DNA of 64,000 nucleotides. Origin: Eledone cirrhosa (lineage: Eukaryota). The notes beneath the pieces were generated by a model. That model was not told the DNA's origin, made no database searches, and saw only the letters and a list, made by a program, of their open reading frames with translations. How positions within the stretch are numbered: position 1 is the stretch's first letter; every line of letters starts with the position of its first letter. The stretch is taken from the NCBI GenBank assembly GCA_964016885.1, contig OZ024741.1, positions 402,938,001-403,002,000 of the forward strand, written 5' to 3'. This document shows positions 15,001 through 26,299 of the stretch, piece after piece. The position numbers and the translations under genes are program-made.

Positions 15001-18000
15001 GTGTCTGGTCTACCTGGTCATTTACAGTCCAGTGTGTGGTCTACCTGGTCATTTACATTACAGTGTGTGGTCTACCTGGTCATTTACAGTACAGTGTGTG
15101 GTCTACCTGGTCATTTACAGTCCAGTGTGTGGTCTACCAGGTCATTTACAGTACAGTGTGTGGTCTACCTGGTCATTTACAGTACAGTGTGTGGTCTACC
15201 TGGTCATTTACATTACAGTGTGTGGTCTACCTGGTCATTTACATTACAGTGTGTGGTCTACCTAGTCATTTACAGTCCAGTGTGTTGTCTACCTGGTCAT
15301 TTACAGTACAGTGTCTGGTCTACCTGGTCATTTACAGTCCAGTGTGTGGTCTACCTGGTCATTTACATTACAGTGTGTGGTCTACCTGGTCATTTACAGT
15401 ACAGTGTGTGGTCTACCTGGTCATTTACAGTACAGTGTCTGGTCTACCTGGTCATTTACAGTCCAGTGTGTGGTCTACCTGGTCAGTTACATTACAGTGT
15501 GTGGTCTACCTGGTCATTTACAGTACAGTGTCTTGTCTACCTAGTCATTTACAGTCCTGTGTGTGGTCTACCTGGTCATTTACAGTCCAGTGTGTGGTCT
15601 ACCTGGTCATTTACATTATAGTGTGTGGTCTACCTGGTCATTTACAGTACAGTGTGTGGTCTACCAGGTCATTTACATTATAGTGTGTGGTCTACCTAGT
15701 CATTTACAGTCCTGTGTGTGGTCTACCTGGTCATTTACAGTACAGTGTGTGGTCTACCTGGTCATTTACAGTACAGTGTCTGGTCTACCTGGTCATTTAC
15801 AGTCCTGTGTGTGGTCTACCAGGTCATTTACAGTACAGTGTGTGGTCTACCTAGTCATTTACATTACAGTGTGTGGTCTACCTGGTCATTTACAGTATAG
15901 TGTCTGGTCTACCTGGTCATTTACAGTACAGTGTCTGGTCTACCTGGTCATTTACAGTACAGTGTCTGGTCTACCTGGTCATTTACAGTCCTGTGTCTGG
16001 TCTACCAGGTCATTTACAGTACAGTGTGTGGTCTACCAGGTCATTTACAGTACAGTGTCTGGTCTACCTGGTCATTTACAGTCCTGTGTGTGGTCTACCA
16101 GGTCATTTACAGTACAGTGTCTGGTCTACCTGGTCATTTACAGTCCTGTGTGTGGTCTACCAGGTCATTTACAGTACAGTGTGTGGTCTACCTAGTCATT
16201 TACATTACAGTGTGTGGTCTACCTGGTCATTTACAGTACAGTGTCTGCTCTACCTGGTCATTTACAGTACAGTGTGTGGTCTACCAGGTCATTTACAGTA
16301 CAGTGTCTGGTCTACCTGGTCATTTACAGTACAGTGTCTGGTCTACCTGGTCATTTACAGTACAGTGTGTGGTCTACCAGGTCATTTACAGTACAGTGTC
16401 TGGTCTACCTGGTCATTTACAGTACAGTGTGTGGTCTACCAGGTCATTTACAGTACAGTGTCTGGTCTACCTGGTCATTTACATTACAGTGTGTGGTCTA
16501 CCTGGTCATTTACATTACAGTGTGTGGTCTACCTGGTCATTTACATTATAGTGTGTGGTCTACCTAGTCATTTACAGTCCTGTGTGTGGTCTACCTGGTC
16601 ATTTACAGTACAGTGTGTGGTCTACCTGGTCCTTTACAGTACAGTGTCTGGTCTACCTGGTCATTTACAGTCCTGTGTGTGGTCTACCAGGTCATTTACA
16701 GTACAGTGTGTGGTCTACCTAGTCATTTACAGTCCAGTGTCTGGTCTACCTAGTCATTTACAGTCCTGTGTGTGGTCTACCTGGTCATTTACAGTACAGT
16801 GTCTGGTCTACCTGGTCATTTACATTACAGTGTCTGGTCTACCTGGTCATTTACAGTCCTGTGTGTGGTCTGGCTGATCATTTACAGTACAGTGTGTGGT
16901 CTACCTAGTCATTTACAGTACAGTGTCTGGTCTACCTGGTCATTTACATTACAGTGTGTGGTCTACCTGGTCATTTACAGTCCTGTGTGTGGTCTACCTG
17001 GTCATTTACAGTACAGTGTCTGGTCTACCTGGTCATTTACATTACAGTGTGTGGTCTACCTGGTCATTTACAGTCCTGTGTATGGTCTACCTGGTCATTT
17101 ACAGTACAGTGTCTGGTCTACCTAGTCATTTACAGTCCTGTGTGTGGTCTACCTGGTCATTTACAGTACAGTGTCTGGTCTACCTGGTCATTTACAGTCC
17201 TGTGTGTGGTCTACCTGGTCATCTACATTACAGTGTGTGGTCTACCTGGTCATTTACAGTCCTGTGTGTGGTCTACCTGGTCATTTACAGTCCTGTGTGT
17301 GGTCTACCTGGTCATTTACAGTACAGTGTCTGGTCTACCTAGTCATTTACAGTCCTGTGTGTGGTCTACCTGGTCATTTACAGTACAGTGTCTGGTCTAC
17401 CTGGTCATTTACAGTCCTGTGTGTGGTCTACCTGGTCATTTACATTACAGTGTGTGGTCTACCTGGTCATTTACAGTCCTGTGTGTGGTCTACCTGGTCA
17501 TTTACAGTACAGTGTGTGGTCTGCCTGGTCATTTACAGTCCTGTGTGTGGTCTACCTGGTTATTTACAGTCCAGTGTGTGGTCTACCTGGTCATTTACAT
17601 TACAGTGTGTGGTCTACCTGGTCATTTACAGTCCTGTGTGTGGTCTACCTGGTCATTTACATTACAGTGTGTGGTCTACCTGGTCATTTACAGTCCTGTG
17701 TGTGGTCTACCTGGTCATTTACAGTACAGTGTGTGGTCTACCTGGTCATTTACATTACAGTGTGTGGTCTACCTGGTCATTTACATTACAGTGTGTGGTC
17801 TACCTGGTTATTTACAGTCCTGTGTGTGGTCTACCAGGTCATTTACATTACAGTGTGTGGTCTACCTGGTCATTTACAGTCCAGTGTGTGGTCTACCTGG
17901 TCATTTACATTACAGTGTGTGGTCTACCTGGTCATTTACAGTCCTGTGTGTGGTCTACCTGGTCATTTACATTACAGTGTGTGGTCTACCTGGTCATTTA

Positions 18001-21000
18001 CAGTCCTGTGTGTGGTCTACCTGGTCATTTACAGTCCAGTGTGTGGTCTGCCTGGTCATTTACAGTCCTGTGTGTGGTCTACCTGGTCATTTACAGTCCT
18101 GTGTGTGGTCTACCTGGTCATTTACAGTCCTGTGTGTGGTCTACCTGGTCATTTACAGTACAGTGTGTGGTCTGCCTGGTCATTTACAGTCCTGTGTGTG
18201 GTCTACCTGGTCATTTACAGTACAGTGTGTGGTCTACCTGGTCATTTACAGTCCTGTGTGTGGTCTACCTGGTCATTTACAGTACAGTGTGTGGTCTGCC
18301 TGGTCATTTACAGTCCTGTGTGTGGTCTACCTGGTCATTTACAGTACAGTGTGTGGTCTGCCTGGTCATTTACAGTCCTGTGTGTGGTCTACCTGGTCAT
18401 TTACAGTCCTGTGTGTGGTCTACCTGGTCATTTACAGTACAGTGTGTGGTCTGCCTGGTCATTTACAGTCCTGTGTGTGGTCTACCTGGTCATTTACAGT
18501 CCTGTGTGTGGTCTACCTGGTCATTTACAGTCCAGTGTGTGGTCTACCTAGTCATTTACAGTACAGTGTCTGGTCTACCTATTCATTTACAGTCCTGTGT
18601 GTGGTCTACCTGGTCATTTACAGTCCTGTGTGTGGTCTACCTGGTCATTTACAGTACAGTGTGTGGTCTACCTGGTCATTTACAGTCCTGTGTGTGGTCT
18701 ACCTGGTCATTTACATTACAGTGTCTGGTCTACCTGGTCATTTACAGTCCTGTGTGTGGTCTACCTGGTCATTTACAGTACAGTGTGTGGTCTACCTAGT
18801 CATTTACAGTCCAGTGTGTGGTCTACCAGGTCATTTACAGTCCTGTGTGTGGTCTACCTGGTCATTTACAGTCCTGTGTGTGGTCTACCTGGTCATTTAC
18901 AGTACAGTGTGTGGTCTACCTAGTCATTTACAGTCCTGTGTGTGGTCTACCTGGTCATTTACAGTACAGGGTGTGGTCTACCTGGTCATTTACATTACAG
19001 TGTCTGGTCTACCTGGTCATTTACAGTCCTGTGTGTGGTCTACCAGGTCATTTACAGTCCTGTGTGTGGTCTACCAGGTCATTTACATTACAGTGTGTGG
19101 TCTACCTGGTCATTTACAGTACAGTGTGTGGTTTGCCTGGTCATTTACAGTACAGTGTGTGGTCTACCTGGTCATTTACAGTACAGTGTGTGGTCTACCT
19201 GGTCATTTACAGTACAGTGTGTGGTCTACCTGGTCATTTACAGTACAGTGTGTGGTCTACCTGGTCATTTACAGTACAGTGTGTGGTCTACCAGGTCATT
19301 TACAGTACAGTGTGTGGTCTACCTGGTCATTTACAGTACAGGGTGTGGTCTACCTGGTCATTTACAGTCCAGTGTGTGGTTTACCTGGTCATTTACAGTC
19401 CTATGTGTGGTCTACCTGGTCATTTACATTACAGTGTGTGGTCTACCTGGTCATTTACATTACAGTGTGTGGTCTACCTGGTCATTTACATTACAGTGTG
19501 TGGTCTACCTGGTCATTTACAGTCAGGTGTGTGGTCTACCTGGTCATTTACAGTACAGTATGTGGTCTACCAGGTCATTTACATTACAGTGTGTGGTCTA
19601 CCTGGTCATTTACAGTCCTGTGTGTGGTCTACCAGGTCATTTACATTACAGTGTGTGGTCTACCTGGTCATTTACATTACAGTGTGTGGTCTACCTGGTC
19701 ATTTACTGTCCAGTGTGTGGTCTACCAGGTCATTTACATTACAGTGTGTGGTCTACCTGGTCATTTACAGTCCAGTGTGTGGTCTACCTGGTCATTTACA
19801 GTCCAGTGTGTGGTCTACCTGGTCATTTACATTACAGTGTGTGGTCTACCTGGTCATTTACATTACAGTGTGTGGTCTACCTGGTCATTTACTGTCCAGT
19901 GTGTGGTCTACCTGGTCATTTACAGTCCATTGTGTGGTCTACCTGGTCATTTACAGTCCAGTGTGTGGTCTACCTGGTCATTTACAGTACAGTCTGTGGT
20001 CTACCAGGTCATTTACATTACAGTGTGTGGTCTACCTGGTCATTTACATTACAGTGTGTGGTCTACCTGGTCATTTACAGTACAGTGTGTGGTCTACCTG
20101 GTCATTTACAGTCCAGTGTGTGGTCTACCTGGTCATTTACATTACAGTGTGTGGTCTACCTGGTCATTTACAGTCCTGTGTGTGGTCTACCAGGTCATTT
20201 ACATTACAGTGTGTGGTCTACCTGGTCATTTACAGTCCTGTGTGTGGTCTACCTGGTCATTTACATTACAGTGTCTGGTCTACCTGGTCATTTACAGTCC
20301 TGTGTGTGGTCTACCAGGTCATTTACAGTCCTGTGTGGTCTACCTGGTCATTTACAGTCCTGTGTGTGGTCTACCTGGTCATTTACAGTCCAGTGTGTGG
20401 TCTACCAGGTCATTTACAGTCCAGTGTGTGGTTTACCTGGTCATTTACAGTCCTGTGTGTGGTCTACCAGGTCATTTACATTACAGTGTGTGGTCTACCT
20501 GGTCATTTACAGTCCAGTGTGTGGTCTACCTGGTCATTTACATTACAGTGTGTGGTCTACCTGGTCATTTACAGTACAGTGTGTGGTCTACCTGGTCATT
20601 TACATTACAGTGTGTGGTCTACCTGGTCATTTACAGTCCAGTGTGTGGTCTACCTGGTCATTTACATTACAGTGTGTGGTCTACCTGGTCATTTACAGTA
20701 CAGTGTGTGGTCTACATGGTCATTTACATTACAGTGTGTGGTCTACCTGGTCATTTACAGTCCAGTGTGTGGTCTACCTGGTCATTTACAGTACAGTGTG
20801 TGGTCTGCCTGGTCATTTACAGTCCTGTGTGTGGTCTGGCTGGTCATTTACATTACAGTGTGTGGTCTACCTAGTCATTTACAGTCCAGTGTGTGGTCTA
20901 CCTGGTCATTTACAGTACAGTGTGTGGTCTGCCTGGTCATTTACAGTCCTGTGTGTGGTCTACCTGGTCATTTACAGTCCTGTGTGTGATGTACCTGGTC

Positions 21001-21068
21001 ATTTACAGTCCTGTGTGTAGTCTACCTGGTCATTTACAATTCAATGTGTGGTCTACCTGGTCATATAC
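1..21068 (+). repeat. 31-bp tandem satellite (~680 monomers, truncated by left window edge), consensus GTGTGTGGTCTACCTGGTCATTTACA[GTCCT/GTCCA/GTACA/TTACA]
   Basis: Exact 31-nt period. Variation is concentrated in a 5-nt segment plus point variants (CCAGG, CCTAG, GTCTGG). The only indel I saw is a 2-nt deletion near 20330. Monomers degenerate after ~20980. Confidence 0.98.
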
Positions 21069-21074
21069 TCTACA

Positions 21075-21131
21075 GTAAATGACCAGGTAGACCACACACT
21101 GAAATGTAAATGACCAGGTATAGCACACACT
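21075..21131 (-). repeat. Two inverted monomers of the 31-bp satellite capping the array
   Basis: GTAAATGACCAGGTAGACCACACACTGAAATGTAAATGACCAGGTATAGCACACACT is the reverse complement of ~2 monomers. Confidence 0.9.
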
Positions 21132-21132
21132 T

Positions 21133-21275
21133 GACTGACCGTAAGTGGGATACAGACCTTCGTGAACTGTCTGGGATATCAGTGGTCCTGCTTTACTACT
21201 GACCTGGACTATGTAGACCCGTCCAACCCTTGTTAGCAGGGAAAGCAGACATTTAATGATGATGATCATGAAGAT
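21133..21275 (+). mobile_element. RTE-type LINE/SINE 3' end with (GAT)n tail
   Basis: CCCGTCCAACCCTTGTTAGCAGGGAAAGCAGACATTTAATGATGATGAT matches the 3' terminus of the RTE fragment at 43577-43631; a homologous copy lies in reverse at 23305-23440. Confidence 0.65.
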
Positions 21276-21312
21276 GATTTTATATTTTTACAGTGCCTCA
21301 TGAATATACATT

Positions 21313-21500
21313 GTGGATTGGCAGTATCTGTAGAGGGTCAGACGCCATGCTTTGCAGCAAAGAGTTACGGCCCTTTAGGGTCTGAGTTCAAATCCCACCG
21401 AGGTTAACTTTGCCTTTCATCCTTACGGGGTCGATAAAATAAAGTACCAGTAATGCACTGGGATAATTGCTGGCCTAGTGCCAAAAGTAGAAACAATTAT
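21313..21500 (+). mobile_element. tRNA-derived SINE (family 1)
   Basis: A-box-like TGGCAGTATCTGTAGAG, B-box GAGTTCAAATCC, body AACTTTGCCTTTCATCCTTACGGGGTCGATAAAATAAAGTACCAG, tail GAAACAATTATT; multiple copies in the window. Confidence 0.85.
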
Positions 21501-21962
21501 TTAAAAGACAGAAATAGAAATACTTGAAAGATGATGAAGAAGATAGTGAAATAATGTCTAAACAAGATATAAGAAATGTAGCAAGTTGATGGAATGTTCC
21601 ATTGAAGGTAGTAATATAAAGTTAGTGAAATGTAGTAGCAAGTTGATGGAATGTTCCATTGAAGGTAGTAATATAAAGTTAGTGAAATGTAAAACTAAAT
21701 GGAAGAGATGAAACGCGACATTGATGAAACACTGTCTTCTGATCACATGGAAGAGGAAATATAACATTACTGAAATACACTGGTTTTTATAGAATTTTAA
21801 CATTGCTGAAATACATAAGCTTAGGTTTGAGGATATATTAAGATTAAGAAGATCTCTGACAAAATCTTGAAGTATAAAATTGAATATAACATTTTCAAAT
21901 ATGTTGACATTTTTTAAAACATATTTTATTTTCATTTTGTTTTGTTGTTGTTTTTGATTCAG

Positions 21963-22129
21963 GCAAATAAAAGAGTTTCAACTAATAGTACATCAGATAA
22001 GACAAAAGATTTATGTTAACCCATGGGAAGGTAAAACTGAAGATAAACCTCAGGATAAAAGCTCTAGTAGAAATATGGAGGAGATAAACGACGTGAATGA
22101 CAAAAATTATATCGGCAACAACCAACAAG
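21963..22129 (+). CDS. Candidate internal exon of an unidentified host gene (QIKEFQLIVHQIRQKIYVNPWEGKTEDKPQDKSSSRNMEEINDVNDKNYIGNNQQ)
   Basis: Long poly-T tract plus TTCAG acceptor (AG 21961-2); donor CAAG|GTATGT (GT 22130-1); 167 nt = 1 nt + 55 open codons + 1 nt; non-repetitive sequence. Confidence 0.55.
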
Positions 22130-22159
22130 GTATGTTATCATTATATTTATAAGTAAGAG

Positions 22160-22737
22160 GGCGGTGGATTGGCAGTATCAGTAGAGGGTCGTGCGCCATG
22201 CTTTGAAGCATAGAGTTACCTCCCTTTATGATCTGAGTTCAAATCCCGCCGAGGTTAACTTTGCCTTTCATCCTTACGGGGTTGATAAAATAAAGTACCA
22301 GTAATGCACTGGGATAATTGCTGGCCTTGTGCCAAAAGTAGAAACAATTATATTTATAAATAAGGGCAGTGGATTGGCAGTATTGGTAGAGCGTTGGATA
22401 ATATGGTTTGTGGCATAGAGTTATGGCTTTTTACATTCTGATTTCAAATCTCACTGAGGTTAGCCTTGTCTTGAAAGGGTTGATAAAATACCAGTAACAT
22501 ACTCAGGTTGATTAAATTGACTCTCCCCCCCCCACCAAAATTGCTGGTCTTGTTCCTAAATCAGAAACCATTAAATTTATATATAAAGGCAATGGATTGG
22601 CAGTAATTGGTAGAGTGTCAGACAATTTGTAGCATACAGTTACATCCCTTTATGTTCTGAGTTAAAATCCTGCTGCAGTTAGCTTTGGCTTATGGGGTTG
22701 ATAAAATAAAGTACCAGTAACACACTGGGGTTGATTT
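22160..22737 (+). mobile_element. Three head-to-tail SINE family 1 copies
   Basis: GGC(G/A)(G/A)TGGATTGGCAGTA heads at ~22160, ~22363 and ~22587, each with a B-box-like motif and GATAAAATA body; progressively more diverged. Confidence 0.85.
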
Positions 22738-22868
22738 GGTGGTGGTGGTGATGGTGGTGGTGGTGGTGTGGTGGTGATGGTGGTGGTGGTGGAGTTGGTG
22801 GTGGTGGTGGTGGTGGTGGTCGTAATGATGATGATGATGGTGGTGGTGGTGATGATGATGATGATGAT
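22738..22868. repeat. (GGT)n/(GAT)n microsatellite
   Basis: Direct inspection. Confidence 0.95.
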
Positions 22869-23304
22869 ATGGGAGATATTTTGAACTTATTCTGACTTCA
22901 TTTATATAATTTCTTAGTAAGACACAAAGTCAGCAATGGCGACAGGGGGGGTCAATTAAATCAACTCCAGTGCAATACTGGTACTTTAATTTTTTGACCA
23001 TGTAAGAGGCAAAAATAACCTGAGTTGAAACCCATGTTAGCATTAAAAAGTGAACCAAAAAATGATGATGGTGATAATGATGATGATGATGATGATGATG
23101 ATGTATTGTCACCCTGACATTTGATATCTAATAATCTCATCTATATAGTTTTAAATATGTATCAGGTGTGACTCTATCTTGAAAGACTACTGGACCTTCA
23201 GCTGAGAGGTCAACAGTTATTATCCTCTCATTAATTCTTTTGATCTCAAAGCCTGAAAATGACCCTGGTTTTACTATATAAACCTGTTTATTTTAAAGCA
23301 TTTA

Positions 23305-23440
23305 TCATCTTCATCATCATCATTTTAATGTCTGCTTTCCCTGCTAGCAAGTGTTGGATGGGTCTACATTGACCAAGTTAGTACTGAAGCAGTGGCTATC
23401 TCCCAGACAAGCCAGGGATCTGTTGTCTCACTTATGTACT
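23305..23440 (-). mobile_element. RTE-type 3' end, homologous to 21133-21275
   Basis: (CAT)n followed by TTTTAATGTCTGCTTTCCCTGCTAGCAAGTGTTGGATGGG. Confidence 0.65.
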
Positions 23441-23619
23441 GTCTCACATTCTACCAAGTGCACAGGGGAGGTTGTCATGTTTATATTTATCTAAAAATCT
23501 TCCATCATAATTTTGTATACCAAACAACCTGAAACTGCCCTTGGTTTTACTATATAAGCCTATTTATTTTAAAGTGTTCATATTTATCTAGAAATAATAT
23601 CATAATATCATAATATTAT

Positions 23620-24115
23620 GTAAGAACCTTTGCCAAGTCATGAACCAACACCACCTCATCCTGTTGTGTGGTGGTAAGCGCCTCATCTGGGCTGCGACAG
23701 GTAGTGCCACTTTCTCCAGAGGTGACCTGATGCATTTGGTGACATACCCAGGTTTCATTGCCTGCTGAAGATTCCAAATTGAAGTGTCGGTCACTTTTTG
23801 ACAGGTTTGTCCTTGAGCCTATAACAATGGAGACTTGTGGCATTCTTGGTCCCCATACCACCTTCCTACTCACTGCTATTAGGGTGGAGTTTGCCACCCA
23901 CAGGAGTGAGCCCCACGATGTGGTCAACTTCTTGTCAAACCCATAGTGATGGAGACTTCTGACATACTTGGTCCCCACACCATCTTCCTACTCGCTTCTA
24001 TTAGGGTGGAGTTGGCCATCCACAGGAGTGAACACCATGTGTTGGAATGGCTATTTCAACACATTCCCCTCACTATCCTCCAAGGTAATGGTTTCTTCAT
24101 TCTATCTGGTTTGAC
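23620..24115 (+). mobile_element. Decayed C-terminal restriction-like endonuclease region of a CRE-like non-LTR retrotransposon, with internal tandem duplication
   Basis: Fragments GKRLIWAAT, AEDSKLK..LFDRFVLEPITMETCGILG and WLFQHIPLTILQGN resemble the CRE pattern GR.L.WD.T / AE..K..KY / F.P.A.ET.G..G / LFQR.S.AIQRGN. The ET.G segment occurs twice (~23815-23925 and ~23938-24045). Confidence 0.6.
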
Positions 24116-24454
24116 CAATAAGCATCTTACACCTAGGATTCTGCATAACAATGAGCATTCTCTCTGTCCAGGCCCACATTATTGGGGTAGTGATGGTATA
24201 GGTAGCTGATATCTACTTTTACATTTTGAGGAGAGAAATTATTATCTTATATGATAGGAATATGTAATGAAGGTGAGATAGAATTGTTTTATTGCTACCC
24301 TCCTCTCATCCATATTGATTTAATTAACTTTGTCTTTCTAGAATTATTACAATAAGACCCAGTCAAGCAGTGAGGGTCAATAAAATCGATACCTTCCCAC
24401 ATGTAGCCATAAATGGTCATCAGTGTTTATTAGAAACTATTATTATATTATTAC

Positions 24455-24978
24455 GGCGGCGAATTGGCAGTATCGGTAGAGGGTTGGACGCCATGCTTTC
24501 TAGCATAGTTACGTCCCTTTACAGTCTAAGTTCAAATCCCGCCGAGGTTAACTTTGCCTTTCATCCTTACGGGGTCGATAAAATAAAGTACCAGTAATGT
24601 ATTGGGTAATTGCTGGCCTTGTGCCTAAAGTAGAAACAATTATATTATTACGGTGAATTGGCAGTATCGGTAGAGAGTCGGACGCCATGCTTTCCAGCAT
24701 AGTTACGTCCCTTTACGATCTGAGTTCAATTCCCGCCGAGGTTAACTTTGCCTTTCATCCTTACGGGGTCGATAAAATAAAGTACCAGTAATGTACTGGA
24801 TAATTGGTGGCTTTGTGCCAAAAGTAGAAACAATTATTATCAGAGGAATAAAAATGGTAGATTGGCATTGACAGTAGAGAGTTGGTTACAACTTACTAAG
24901 TCCTGAGTTCAAATCTTATTGAGGTCAACTTTAATTCACATCCTTCTGAAGTGGATAAAATATATAAAGTACAAGTCA
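24455..24978 (+). mobile_element. Three head-to-tail SINE family 1 copies
   Basis: Two near-identical ~190-bp copies (24455-24645, 24651-24840) separated only by (TTA)n tails, then a degenerate third copy. Confidence 0.88.
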
Positions 24979-24987
24979 TGACTGTAG

Positions 24988-25620
24988 AGGTGTGTGGCCT
25001 AGTGGTAAGGGTGCTGGACTTACGATCATAATGTTGTGGCTTTGATTACAGGACTGGGCTGTGTTGTATTCTTCAGTAAACACTACATTTCACATTGTTC
25101 TAATATACTCAGCTGAAAATGAGTACCAGCAGCAATAGCTGGGGGCTTAACACTGCGATGGACCAGTGTCCTGTCTCATGGCAGAAGGATCTTTTACTTT
25201 CCATTGCTAAATGCCAAGGAAACTAGGATAAGCCCTGGCTGGATGAGCCTCTGAGCTCAAGACAGAATTTAACCCTGCAATGAACTGGCTTCTTGTCCAG
25301 TGGGGTACCTTGTGCTCTCAGTCGCTTCATACCACGAAACCGGGATAAGCACTAGGTTAATGGGCCTCTGGTTTTGAGACAGACTTTAACCCTGTGATGG
25401 ACTGGCATCCTGTCCAGGGGGGAAGTCTTGTATTCCCAGTTGCTTCACACCATAGAAACTGGGATAAGAACTGACCTGATGAACCTCTGACTTGAAAGAA
25501 ACTTTAACACTGTAATGGACTGGTGTCCTGTCCAGGGGGGAAGTCTTGTCCTCTCAGTTCTTTAACACCTCAGAAACTGGGATACAGGGATAAGCACTGG
25601 TCTGATGAACTTCCAGTCTC
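24988..25620 (+). mobile_element. tRNA-derived SINE (family 2) whose 3' segment is tandemly repeated ~4 times (~120 bp)
   Basis: Head GTGTGGCCTAGTGGTAAGG; central region homologous to the reverse copy at 40865-41003; units TTAAC(A/C)CTG..ATG(G/A)AC..G...CTGTC..GAAAC..GGATAAG start at ~25147, ~25269, ~25386 and ~25504. Confidence 0.7.
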
Positions 25621-25890
25621 AGGGTTTAGTCAAGACTGGGGGGGTCAGCATAATCAACTTTTCCTTCATCACAAATTGCTGGCCTTGTACCTAAATTGAA
25701 AATCAATATTATCGAAGCCGTCCCCAAAATAGTTCTGCAATCATTCCCAGATATATGGTGACAGTTAATCAATCAATCAATATATATATAATTCATGTTT
25801 CACTAACATTTAGGTCACATTATGGATATTCTTACCATTTCTAAATTCAAAGACTACTTGTTAGATCTTATGTTAAATACAAGCATACGT

Positions 25891-25942
<52 letters not shown>

Positions 25943-25976
25943 GAGATAGATAGATAGATAGATAGACACACACACT

Positions 25977-26011
<35 letters not shown>

Positions 26012-26299
26012 GTATCTATATACATTGCATCATTATATTACTGTCCATTTTCCTTAAACATTAGAATATATTCACACATAAAGAAGACTTTATGAGATCT
26101 GTCGCTGAAGTAATATATATGAGACATCATTACTTCTTTGTCCATTTTCCTTATATATCAGAATATATATTTATGAAGAAAATGTTCTGAGATCTATTGT
26201 TGTAGAAAATAACATGTCCCTGTTAACACATAACTCTTTATTGTAGCAATCTTCAACAGATTCTTTATTCTGTAATTATTTCACCTTGTTATTATTGAA

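Noticed and set aside
1-21068. CRISPR-like array (constant ~26 nt plus variable segment)
   Set aside because: The variable part is only ~5 nt with a handful of recurring states, not unique spacers; no cas genes; eukaryotic context. The same applies to the 52- and 41-bp arrays.
1-21078. Giant + strand ORFs (up to 1579 aa) as protein-coding genes
   Set aside because: The same peptide appears in all three frames purely from the 31-nt period; no unique flanking coding sequence or splice context
21578-21690. 57-bp direct duplication and ORF 21558-21935
   Set aside because: Simple local tandem duplication in AT-rich DNA with no coding signal
21313-24840. tRNA genes
   Set aside because: A/B boxes are present but there is no cloverleaf; all are followed by the shared SINE body and tail
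25230-25620. Hammerhead/retrozyme reading of CTGATGA..GAAA in the ~120-bp tandem units
   Set aside because: Only one unit has both motifs, stems I-III do not form consistently, and the conserved hairpin overlaps the would-be core; better explained as a SINE 3' tail
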